DNA of 64,000 nucleotides. Source: Utricularia gibba (taxonomy: Eukaryota; Plantae; Magnoliophyta). The stretch covers positions 4,712,001 through 4,776,000 of the forward strand of contig CM007991.1 in NCBI GenBank assembly GCA_002189035.1, given 5' to 3'. This document shows, in pieces, positions 24,858 to 35,727 of this stretch. Each line of letters starts with the position of its first letter. Positions within the stretch are counted from its first letter, which is position 1. The notes beneath the pieces were generated by a model that saw nothing but the letters and a program-made list of their open reading frames with translations, made no database searches and was not told the origin of the DNA. Position numbers and translations under genes: made by a program.

Positions 24858-25132
24858 ACTTGTGTCATAATGTCATATTTCAGATAAAAAAAGGTGTTGG
24901 GTTCGAGCATGGAAGTGTTGGATTCGAGTTGTTGGGCTTTTTGTGTGTTTTCAATGATTGTGGCCCACTGTTGGGTAACCTAGGTATTGGGTATATATAA
25001 ACCCTACTAGGAATGCGTGTCAATGAGGTTTTCGGTCATTCTTATTGTTAATGAATCGTTTTTCATCCAAGGTGATCTTATAAGCATTACCTTTTTGTTA
25101 CTTTCCAAGACTCTATTTTTCTTGCAACAACA

Positions 25133-25804
25133 TGACTAAGAGTTATTACAGAAAGACTGCCAACAAGATGCGTGGAAGTATGCGGAATCCGAATTGAATT
25201 CAATAAAGAACCGAGTGTATTGCTCAGGACTTGGAAGGAAACTTCATCTACTTCCCAGAAACTAAAGGTTTTTAGCCCGAAAGGGCCATGGAAACAGAAA
25301 CGAAAAGAAACTAAGTGTTCTTCCTCCTTGAGAGGAGGAATAACTCAAAAGTTCTAAACAAATTGCTCCAAGTGGCTTTTATATGACTTCCCACGTGCAT
25401 TAACTCCTTTGGGTCCCCTTCCCATCATTCCTTCTGTTTTGCGTGCGTCAGCAGCCTTTCTTTGCGTGCAAGTTTGCGCCCAATAATTGCTGCAGACTCT
25501 GACATGCCGTAAGTCATAGGCCTTGACCAATATCAGTCTTCCGCTCACAATCATTCCAACTCGCATATAAGTCACGAAAACTCAGAGTCTGACCACCTGC
25601 AATACTCCTGCAACACTCCTGACAATCTCCTGACATGCCTCGGTCAAAGTGTGAGAAAAAATGCATAAAATATACACAAAATGGGAAAATAGGAATTTTC
25701 TAGTAAAAATCAAATACTTAATAATAAGACTCCTAATTGGGAAACTTAGCACTTAATTAATACATAATAATACCTAAATAATAACTAGAAAATGACACTT
25801 AACA
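25133..25804 (-). repeat. 5' portion of an unrelated long LTR (Athila/Tat-like) inserted in CRM-B RNase H
   Basis: Minus strand starts tgttaagtgtcattttc; CRM sequence resumes immediately with [11 protein letters not shown]. Confidence 0.55.
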
Positions 25805-27244
25805 TTATCCATACAGATCACGAAAGTTTGAAGCATGTCAAGAGTCAAAAAAATCTCAATAGAAGACACACAAAATGGGTGGAGTTCATTAATACCTTTC
25901 CTTATGTTATCAAATACAAGAAAGGTAAGGAGAACATTGTTGAAGATGCATTGTCACAAAGGTACACACTTTTAGCTACTCTTGATGTTCAAATTCTTGG
26001 ATTGTCAACGATAAAAGAATTTTACAGTCTTGATCATGATTTTAAAGATATTTATCTTTCATGTGAACTTAAACCTCTTGAAAACTTCCATAGGCAAGAT
26101 GATTTTCTTTTCAAAAAAAATAGATTATGTATTCCTCAATGTTAAATTCGTGAGTTTTTAGTGAAAGAAGCTCATGGTGGTGGTTTAATGGGGCATTTTG
26201 GGGTCACCAAGACGTTAGACATGCTTCAACAACACTTCTATTGGCCACAGATGAGAAAAGATGTGGAAAGAATCTGTGGAAGATGTTTGGTGTGCAAGAG
26301 AGCCAAATCAAAATCAACTTCTCAAGGATTGTACACTCCTCTTCCTAATCCTCTTTACCCTTGGATTGACCTTTCTATGGATTTTGTTTTAGGATTACCA
26401 AAGACTCAAAAGGGAAAGGATTCAATATTTGTAGTGGTGGACAGGTTCTCCAAGATGGCACATTTCATTCCTTGTCACAAGACTGATAATGCTTCTCATA
26501 TTGCGGATTTATTCTTTAGGGAAATTGTTAGGCTTCATGGCATGCCACTTACTATTGTAAGTGATCGTGACACAAAGTTTCTTAGCCACTTTTGGCGCAC
26601 ACATTGGAGTAAGTTGGGAACAAAGTTTCTTTTCTCTACCACTTGTCATCCTCAGACTGATGGACAAACCGAGGTAACAAATCGAACCCTAGCTACCCTA
26701 CTTCGTGCCATCATCAAAAAAAACATTCGAACATGGGAAGATTGCTTACCTCATGTTGAGTTTGTATACAATAGAGCAGTACACTCTTCTACTCGTTGTT
26801 CTCCTTTTGAAATTGCGTATGGTTTTAATCCTCGTGCTCCTATAGACTTGTTGCCCTTGCTATCTGATGAATTTCGTAGTTTTGATGGTGCTAAGAGAGC
26901 AGATGCCATCAGAACACTACATGAGAAGGTTTGAAATCAACTTAAAGCCAAAAACAAGGAGTATGCAACTAAAGAGAATAAACATAGGAAGAAAGTTACT
27001 CTACAACCAGGAGATTGGGTTTGGGTACATTTTCGAAAGGAAAGATTTCCAAGCAAGAGACATTCAAAGCTTTCACCTAGAGGAGATGGACCCTTTCAAG
27101 TCATTGAGAAAATCAATGATAATGCTTATAAGATTGATCTTCTAGGTGAGTTTTTGGTGCACTCCACATTCAATATTGCTGACTTGATTCCTTGTGATGT
27201 AGATGGTGACGATTCAAGGATCAATCTACTAAAAGAAGGGGGGA
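25805..27244 (+). pseudogene. pol: CRM-B RNase H tail and integrase
   Basis: ORFs 25792-26145, 26161-26934 and 26867-27145: [48 protein letters not shown]. Confidence 0.9.
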
Positions 27245-27797
27245 TGATGAGATCATAGATGCTATAGATTATCCCAATGAAGATAAAGGACACAAGATCA
27301 ATAATCCTCCATTGATTTCAGTTGGGCCAATCACTAGATCAAGAGCAAGAAGAAATCACGAAGTGGTTAAGAGCTTATGGGCTAATCAACCAAGCTATGA
27401 GGTATTTGGCATGGAATTCAACATTCTCAAAGTTTTTTGCCCATTACTACCAAATACATTATTATTACTACTTTTCCTCTAATAAGGCCCAATCCTTCAT
27501 CTATTTAAAAAGGCCTTACTCATGTTTTGGACAACTTTGATTGTAATCACTTATGAGAGATATTCTCCTTCCTTGAGTTCTTGTAAAACTTAGACTTATC
27601 AAGCCTTGCTTGTGATGTCTAGTGTGTGGATTATCACTCCCAATTCCTTCATTGATTCTGTGAGTGTAGTACCATTTCATAGTTTGGGTTGCAAGGATCT
27701 TTCAATCCTTGAGGGCCAACTTCTTTTTTCTTGAGAGATTACTTCTTTTCAACAAAGATCTGGTTTGCCAATCACTTGTTGATTGGAGGTCGTATCA
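27245..27797 (+). repeat. 3' LTR of CRM-B encoding the CR motif
   Basis: VGPITRSRARR in frame at 27321-27353; the 3' half matches 17088-17354. Confidence 0.88.
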
Positions 27798-27830
27798 CAT
27801 GTGGGATTCGAGCCATCTAATCCCTATCTT

Positions 27831-30800
27831 TGATAACACATATTTTTGAGTGATTGAGTGCATGGAAATTACTCATATTGTGCTACAAAAATCAGATTTT
27901 ACTGCCAAGTTCTATATTTTTGCGCAAAGTACCGTAGTTATGTTATTTTAGTCCCAACCTCCTAATAGTTTTCTTTTTGCACAAATCCCAAGGAGCCGAA
28001 TATGCACAGTGTAGTGGTATAAGATGAGTCTAAAAGTCTGAAAAGTAGTACACACAAAATCCAAGGAGATGAAAAGTGAGATTTTGGACAAAAAGGGGGA
28101 AAGAGGGAGAGAGAAGGTAGATCTCCCCATTGGAGACTCACGACATGTTTCTAGAGATTTTTCTGGGGTAGAAGAAGGAAGGGAACGATGAACCAGAGGA
28201 ACACAGCTTCTCTTTGAAGATTTATTTTTGTTCTTGATGCTTACTGTTCCTAGCTAAGACTAGATTTGGATTTCCTGCGTGAACAAATTGTCTTTCCTAC
28301 TTCTACTATATATTGCTCGTTGTTGTTTAGCTTTAAACCAGGATGTTACTTAGGATATGCTATGAAAACATTTTCCTTTCCCTTGTCATGAGTGGCTAAC
28401 CACTTAGGGGGGTGCCTTGGGGTGAAAAGGGGAGAAATATGCTAATCCATCCTTAGACCTATAAACAAGAAGTCACACCACTTCCTTAACAAACCAGGAT
28501 AGATCTAGAAGGAGGAAGTAGTGAAACCCAATCTAACAACCCTAATTAGAGGTAGACTAAAGATTAGGGGAAAAAACAAGAATCCGGGTAGACCTAGATC
28601 TTGTGAGTTAGTTGTATGATTCATGATTTATGTGAGCTTGTTTAATTGTATTATGTTTTAATGTGTATTAGATTATAAATTTATTTTATAGGAAGATTTA
28701 CATTTACGACGTGTAAATTTTTCGTTTATCAAATTGGCGCTGTTGCTGGGGAGCGGTGTTTAATTGTTTTGTGATTCGGTTGATGCATTTGCGTTCTTAC
28801 TTGTTTTCAAATAGCAAGAACCGCACAAGAGTGAGAGAAGCAGCAAGGTTGAGCAGACTCCCTGCTGTTACTCAAGCTAATTTCAATATGGCAGAATAGG
28901 AGAAGACCATGAATGAGCTTGATGCAGCTGACCACACATACAGAGGGCTGTGTATTAGGTTTTCTGATGATACAGCCAACGAATTAAAGCCAGCTATGAT
29001 TAATTTTCTGCCCAAGTATTATGGGAAAGCGCGTGAAAACTCACATGAACATCTTGACAACATGACTACTATTTGCACTTCTTTTAAGAGTGCTAGTATG
29101 ACTGAGGATGCCATCTGCTTGAGGGCGTTCCGATTTGGACTAGAAGGAAGTGCAAAAACGTGGTTCAATTCTTTGAAGCCTGGGAGTATCACAAATTGGA
29201 GTGGTATGAAGAAGGTATTTTTGAGTAAATATTTCCCTGCTTGAAAAGCTGAAGGAATAAGGAAGGAAACTAGTGATATTGAGAAGTCAAATGGTGAATC
29301 TTTACATGAATACTGGGAGCGTTTTAATAACCTGCAAGGCTCCTGTCCACATCATGGATTTCCGACCAATGCATTGGTCAAGTATTTTTATGATGGTCTT
29401 CTATGCACAAATAGAGCCATAGTGGATTCTGCAACAGGTGGGCTTTTGAGAAAAAAGATTCCCACGGAAGCTCTTGCATTACTTGAGGAGTTGGCTGAAC
29501 ATTCCAGGCACATAATCAGAAAACAAGCCTCGAACAGAAGGGTTTATTAACTAGAATGCAAGCTAAGTCATCAGAAAGTGAGCAGACGAAAAATGTGGCT
29601 GCCATGTCTGAGATGATTAAAGAATTATTTTTATTCCAAGCTAAGAATATGCTCTGCGGGAACTGCCACAGAATAGGACACATTACTGATAAATGTCTCG
29701 AATTAATGAAGGAGGAAATATGATACATATTCAAACACCTACAATCCTTGATGGAGGGATCATCCAAATTTCAAATGGAGTAACAATGATAACTCTTACA
29801 ATGGTGAAAGTTCATCTGTTGGACAACAAGGATTTAAGAAAAATTTCCAAGAACAACAGCAACGTTCTTATCAAGCTCCACAATTTCGCAAGTCAAACCA
29901 ACAGATGCAACAATAATTTCAAACTCCAAACCAGAATAATTCTAGAAGTTCTTTGGAGGAAATTTTGAAGACTTTTATGACCCAATCTATCAAGAACCAA
30001 GTTGAGAACCAACAAGCCATCAAAAATTTGGAAATTCAAGTTACTCAGCTAGCAACAGAGATTGGGGAACTGAAGCAAAAAGGAAGCCTACCATCGCAAG
30101 CCAAATAGAATCCCAACTCTGGGGGAGGACAAAATATCAGCGCAATGACACTGAGAAGTGGAAAAGAAAAAACTGGAAGAGAATTAGTGTAATCTAAGAG
30201 TAATTTAGAGACGGCAGAAGGAGGTGAACAATTTAGTCCATTCTTAAGCACGTCCAATGCCATAATTAATGTGAAGATGGGCACAATTGAGTAATCCTTT
30301 GATGAAGAAAAGATTACGCTGGACATGAAAAAGGTGAACAATTATCCCAGCGATTTTGAGAGTCTATGCTCAGTGGATGTGATGGATAAATTGGTTGAAG
30401 AGCATCTTGAGAAGGCTATCCAAGAGAAGGAAGAGGAACATGAAGAATCATTTTTTGCAAGAGTGGAAGCCGAAAAGGGGTCAGAACAAGTGAATGCTAT
30501 GCAAGTCAAGACCTTGGAGGAGAGGACAGCTGAGTTGAAGCCACTGCCCACACACCTATAGTACGCATTCTCGGATGAAGAAATGAACAACCCTGTTATC
30601 ATCTCAAATAGTCTTAGCTTAGACCAAGAGTCGCGACTGCTCAAGGTGCTGATCAGGAACAAGAAGGAGATTGGCTGGACCCTTGCGGATATTGAAGGCA
30701 TTTCTCCTTCTATATGTATGCACAGGATTTTATTAGAAGATGGAGCAAAACCTGTTCGCCAGCCACAAAGGTGCCTCAACCCGAATATGATGGAAGTGGT

Positions 30801-31413
30801 AAAGAAGGAAATTGTCAAACTTCATGATACATGTATTATCTATTCCATTACAGACAGCAAAAGGGTGATTCCAATCCATGTGGTGCACAAGAAGACTCGT
30901 ATGACAGTGGTAGAGAACGAGAAAGGAGAGCTGGTGCCTCAAAGAATCCAAAATGGGAGTATGCATAGACTATAGGAAATTGAATGAAGTTACCAAGAAG
31001 GACCACTACCCTTTACCTTTCATTGATCAAATGCTTAAAAAATTAGCAGGAATATCTTTTTATTGCTTCTTAGATGGTTATTCTAGATATAACCAAGTTG
31101 CAATTTCAGGTACGGATCAAGACAAGACAACTTTCACTTGTCCATTTGAGACTTATGCCTATAGAAGGATGCCCTTTGGGTTGTGCAATGCCCCTGCTAC
31201 CTTCTAGAGGTGTATGACCAGCATCTTCTCAAACTTTGGTGACGATTTCATTGAAATTTTTATGGACGATTTTACAGTGTATTGAGAAGATTATGAGTCA
31301 TGTTTAGACCATTTGGATCAGGTTTTGCGAAAATGTGTTGAGAAAAATCTTGTTCTTAATTCTGAAAAATGTCATTTTATGGTTGTTCATGGAATTGTGC
31401 TTGGCCATGTTAT
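27831..31413 (+). mobile_element. Athila-like copy 2: 5' LTR, PBS (tRNA-Asp type), gag, RT; protease deleted; truncated by the satellite
   Basis: LTR 27831-28731 (tgataacac...ttatca), PBS tggcgctgttgctgggga 28735-28752, gag ORF 28909-29244, RT CIDYRKLNEVTKKDHYPLPFIDQM...MPFGLCNAPATF, FMDDF, ending at LGHV. Confidence 0.88.
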
Positions 31414-33548
31414 GTGATTAGGAAATGCTGAGTCGGTGTGAATGAGACCGCAAACTATGAGGGGCATGTTGGCAACTAGTATCTGTCAAATTTGTATGCC
31501 ACCTAAGCCCGAGCACTTTTTTTATTAGATGCGAGTGATCACGTCGCTGGTTGCATGTTTAAAACTTACAGCGTGTTGCAAGAAACCGTATAAATAACGG
31601 AATTCAACACAAAAACATTTTAGGGTGTCATCAATCCTAATACTACTCTTGCCCAGGCATGATTAACTTCGCAAATCTAATGGTATTCGATGCATAAGTG
31701 CTGGTTTCATTGCACTTGAATGGTGCTGCGCAACCAAGTAACCCATGCATCCTGCTCCTCAGTCCGTGAAGCATAACTTTCTAACCGCTTTGATCCATGT
31801 GACGCACCACACATCGTTTAGAAGCTCTTTGCAAACCCGACGCAATATGGTTGGTTTGAGAGGCGTCCATCAATCGTACAAATTTAGAAACATAGTTTTA
31901 AAGATGCTCTGAATCGCAGGACTGCGTCGTGATGAAGACGTAGAAGTTGTGATTAGGAAATGCTGAGTCGGTGTGAATGAGACAGCGAAGTACGAGGGTC
32001 AAGTTGGTGACTAGATGTCGGTGATCACGTCGCTGGTTGCACGTTCACCACTGACAGCGTGTTGCTGGAAACCATAAAAATAGGGGAATTCAACACGAGA
32101 AATTTCCAGTGCGTCATCCATGCATGCTTAACTTTGCAGTTCTGATGGTAATGGATGAATAAGTGCTGGTTGCATTGAACTTGAGTGGTGCTGCACGACC
32201 AAGTAACCCATGCATTGTGCTTCTGGGTCGATGAAGCATAACTTTCAAACCGCTTTGATCCATTTGACGCATACTACATCAATTTAAAGCTCGATGCAAG
32301 CCCGACGCAAAATGGTTGGTTTGAGAAGCGCCCAACAATCATATAAATTTAGAAGCGTAGTTCTAACCGTGCGCTAAATCGCAAGAGTGCATCGTGATGA
32401 AGACGTAGAAATTGTGATTAGGAAGTGCGTACTCATTGTGAATGAGACGGCGAAGTACGAGGGGCACGTTGGCGACTAGTATCTGCCAAATTTGTATGCC
32501 ACAAGCACAAGGACTTTTTACTAGATGTCGGTGATCACGTCGCTAGTTGCACGTTCACAACTGACAGCGTGTTGCAGGAAACCATATAAATAACGGAATT
32601 CAACACGAGAACCTTCTAGGGTGTCATCCATCCTAATTCTACTCTCGCCCAGGAATGATTAACCTCGCAAATCTAATGGTATTCGATGCATAATTGCAGG
32701 TTTCATTGCACTTGTGTGGTGCTGTGCCACCAAGTAACCCATGCATCCTGCTCCTCAGTCCGTGAAGCATAACATTCAAACAGCTTTCCTCCATGTGACG
32801 CGTAGCACATCGTTTGGAAGCTCTATGCAAGCCGGATGCAAAATGGTTGGTTTTACAAGCGCCCAATAGTCGTATAAATTTAGAAACGTAGTTCTAACGG
32901 TGCCCTGAATCGCATGAGTGCGTCTTGATGAAGACGTAGAAATTGGGAATAGCAAATCCTAAGTCGGTGTCAATGAGACAGCAAAGTATGCGGGCCACGT
33001 TGGTTACTAGGACCTCCCAAATTGGTATACCACATAAACCTGAGGAATTTTTATAGATGTTGTTGATCACGTCGCTGGTTGCACATTCACAACTGACAGC
33101 GTGTTGCTGGAAACCGTATAAATAAGGGAATTAAACATGAGAACTTTTCAAGGTGTCATGCAGTCTTATACTACTCTCAGTCATAGCTTGCTTAACTTTG
33201 CAATTCTTATGGTATTCGATGCATAAGTGCTGGTTTCATCGCACTTGAGTTGTGTTGCACAACCAAGTAACCCATGCATCGTGATCATCAGTCCGTGAAG
33301 CATAACTTTCAAACCACTTTCATCCATGTGACGCACAGCACATCGTTTTGAAGCTCTTTGCAAGCCCAACGCAAACTGGTTGGTTTGAGGGGCGCCCATC
33401 AATCGTACAAATTTAGAAGCGTAGTTTTAACGGTGCACTGAATCGCAGGAGTGCATCGTGATGAACACGCAGAAGTTGTGATTAGGAAATGCTGAGTCAG
33501 TGTGAATGAAACCGCGAAATACGAGGGGCACATTGGCGACTACGATCT
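31414..33548 (+). repeat. Tandem satellite-like array, ~533-bp monomer, 4 units plus a 70-bp partial
   Basis: Anchor gtgattaggaaatgctgagtc (or variant) at 31414, 31949, 32414, 32945 and 33478, giving spacings 535, 465, 531 and 533. Confidence 0.93.
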
Positions 33549-33858
33549 GCAAAAAATACTGCTGCTAACTCTAAGTCATGAACAGGATAGTTCTTTTCGT
33601 GCGATTTTAGTTTCCTTGAAGCATAAGCAATCACCTTATTTTCTTGCATCAAAACACCGCCAAATCCTTCATAAGATGCATCAGTGAAAACTATAAAGAT
33701 TCATTAACCTTAGGCAAAGTAAGGATAGATGCGGAACTCAACTTGTCTCTTAGTGTTCGGAAACTTTTCTCACATTTTTGAGTCCATCCAAATTTCGTTT
33801 CCTTCTTGTTAAGATCAGTGAGTGGTCCAGCCATCTTAGAAAATCCCTCCATGAATTT
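33549..33858 (-). repeat. Inverted duplicate (310 bp) of Tekay RT/RNase H 34850-35160
   Basis: Reverse-complement match; ORF 33691-33951 repeats [16 protein letters not shown]...LTLPKVNES. Confidence 0.93.
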
Positions 33859-35727
33859 TTGGAGTTGATTGGTTGAAGAAGTGCCATTTGTTTGTGAATT
33901 GTAATATGAAACAGTTACATATGGAGAATTGAGAAATCTTTCGAATTTCAATGTCAGATGTTACACTTAAACATCAGATTGATGAAATAGATTGAATAGG
34001 TTACATTGTTCTTATTACAATAGAAAAGAGAATTCTAAAGATAGAAGAGATTCATGTCGTAAATGTATTTAAGGAGGTTTTTCCAGATGAACTACCAGGA
34101 AGACCACCTAGAAGAGAAATGGAGCTATCAATTGAGTTGGAGCCCCGAACTACAGCAATATCTAAAACCCCTTATAGGATGGCACCTTTGGATTTGCATG
34201 AACTGAAAATTCAGCTGAAGGAGTTGATGGATAAGAAAACTCCAGCATTATTTTTGAAGAAGAAAGATGCAAGTTTGAGGTTGTGCTATGATTATACAGG
34301 GTTAAATAAGGTGACAGTAAAAAATAAATATCCTCTACTGAGGATTCATGACTTGTTTGATCAGTTGCAAGGTGAAGCAGTATTTTCTAAGCTTGATCTT
34401 AGATCTGGGTATCATTAGATGCAAGTTAAAGAAGAGGATATTCCCAAGACTATATTTAGAACTAAATATGGGCATTATGAATGCACTGTAGTTCCTTTTG
34501 GACTAACAAATGCTCCAGCTGCCATTATGGACTTGATGAACAGAGTTTCGGCACTCTATTGGATCATTTTGTTGTGGTATTTATAGATGACATTCTGATC
34601 TACTCAAAGGATGAAAAGGAACATGAAGAGCACTTGAGAGTGGTCCTGCAACATTTGAGGAAAGATCAACTTTATGCTAAGTTGAGCAAATGTGATTTTT
34701 TGATGAAAAGCATATCATTTCTGGGGCATATTGTTTCTGCTGATGGATTCAGAGTTGATCCATAGAAGATAGCTGTAATTCGAGATTGGTCACAACCAAT
34801 TAATGTGAAGGAAGTAAGAAGCTTTGTTGGTCTTGCTGGCTACTACAGGAAATTTATGGAGGGATTTTCTAACATGGCTGGACCACTCACTGATCTTACC
34901 AAGAAGGAAACAAAATTTGGATGGACTCAAAAATGTGAGAAAACTTTCCGAACACTAAGAGACAAGTTGAGTTCCGCATCTATTCTTACTTTGCCTAAGG
35001 TTAATGAATCTTTTACTGTTTGTACTGATGCATCTTATGAAGGATTTGGCTGTGTTTTGATGCAAGAAAATAAGGTGATTGCTTATGCTTCAAGGAAACT
35101 AAAATCACATGAAAAGAACTATCATGTTCATGACTTAGAGTTAGCAGCAGTAATTTTTGCTTTGAAGTTGTGGAGACATTATCTTAATGGAGTGAAGTGT
35201 GAGGTATTTACTGATCATAAAAGTTTGAAATATTTACTGACTCAGAAAGAACTGAATTTAAGGCAGAGAAAATAAGTTGAATTATTGAGTGATTATGATT
35301 TGGAAATAAAGTATCATTCAGGGAAGGCTATCCATTGAGCAGAAAAAGAGAAGAAAAGCTGATGGTGACTATTGTGGGAAGTTTGCATAATCTGAAGCTT
35401 GAGTGTGTAGAAACAGAATCATCTCTGAGGATAAAAATTGTGATAGCAACTCCTGTTTGCTTGATGAAGTAAAGGAGGCTCAGAAACATGATACTGAAAT
35501 TCTGGAAATGAAGAAACATATCCATAATGGGAAGGAATTAAAAGATTTTTGCATCTCCACATCAGGGGACTTATTGTTTCAAAACAGACTCACGGTACCA
35601 AGGGAATCAAAAGTGAAACAATCGATTCTGGAGGAGGTTCATACATCATCTTTTTCAATACATCCTGGAAATAACAAGATTTATAGAGATCTGAAGCAAA
35701 AATGGTGGTGGAATGGCATGAAGAAAC
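33858..35727 (+). pseudogene. pol: Tekay/Del-like Ty3 pol fragment (PR tail, RT, RNase H, IN start)
   Basis: [82 protein letters not shown]. Confidence 0.88.

Larger units (their letters stand above)
20757..25132 (+). mobile_element. Ty1/copia (Ivana/Oryco-like) copy 2 with both LTRs, no TSD, integrase core deleted
   Basis: 5' LTR 20757-21081, degenerate PBS tggtataagggc, gag-PR (WYLDSGAS), RT/RH ORF, PPT gggggag, 3' LTR 24808-25132; flanks agtga / tgact do not match. Confidence 0.92.
17088..27797 (+). mobile_element. CRM-clade Ty3/gypsy copy B, with 5'-truncated 5' LTR, nested insertions and a deletion of the RT end/RNase H
   Basis: LTR piece 17088-17354, PBS tggtatcagagc 17357-17368, gag-pol 18053-20756, IN 25805-27244, PPT aaaagaagggggga 27231-27244, 3' LTR 27245-27797 (TGAT...ATCA). 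Confidence 0.9.

Noticed and set aside
4865-28752. tRNA-like sequences
   Set aside because: Only 12-18 nt primer-binding sites complementary to tRNA 3' ends; no cloverleaf
27831-31413. env-like ORF expected in Athila elements
   Set aside because: Both copies are truncated within RT; no downstream region is present
31414-33548. CRISPR-like or coding repeat (ORFs 32639-32866 and 33181-33402)
   Set aside because: Long diverged monomers without unique spacers in a plant context; ORFs are not kept across units
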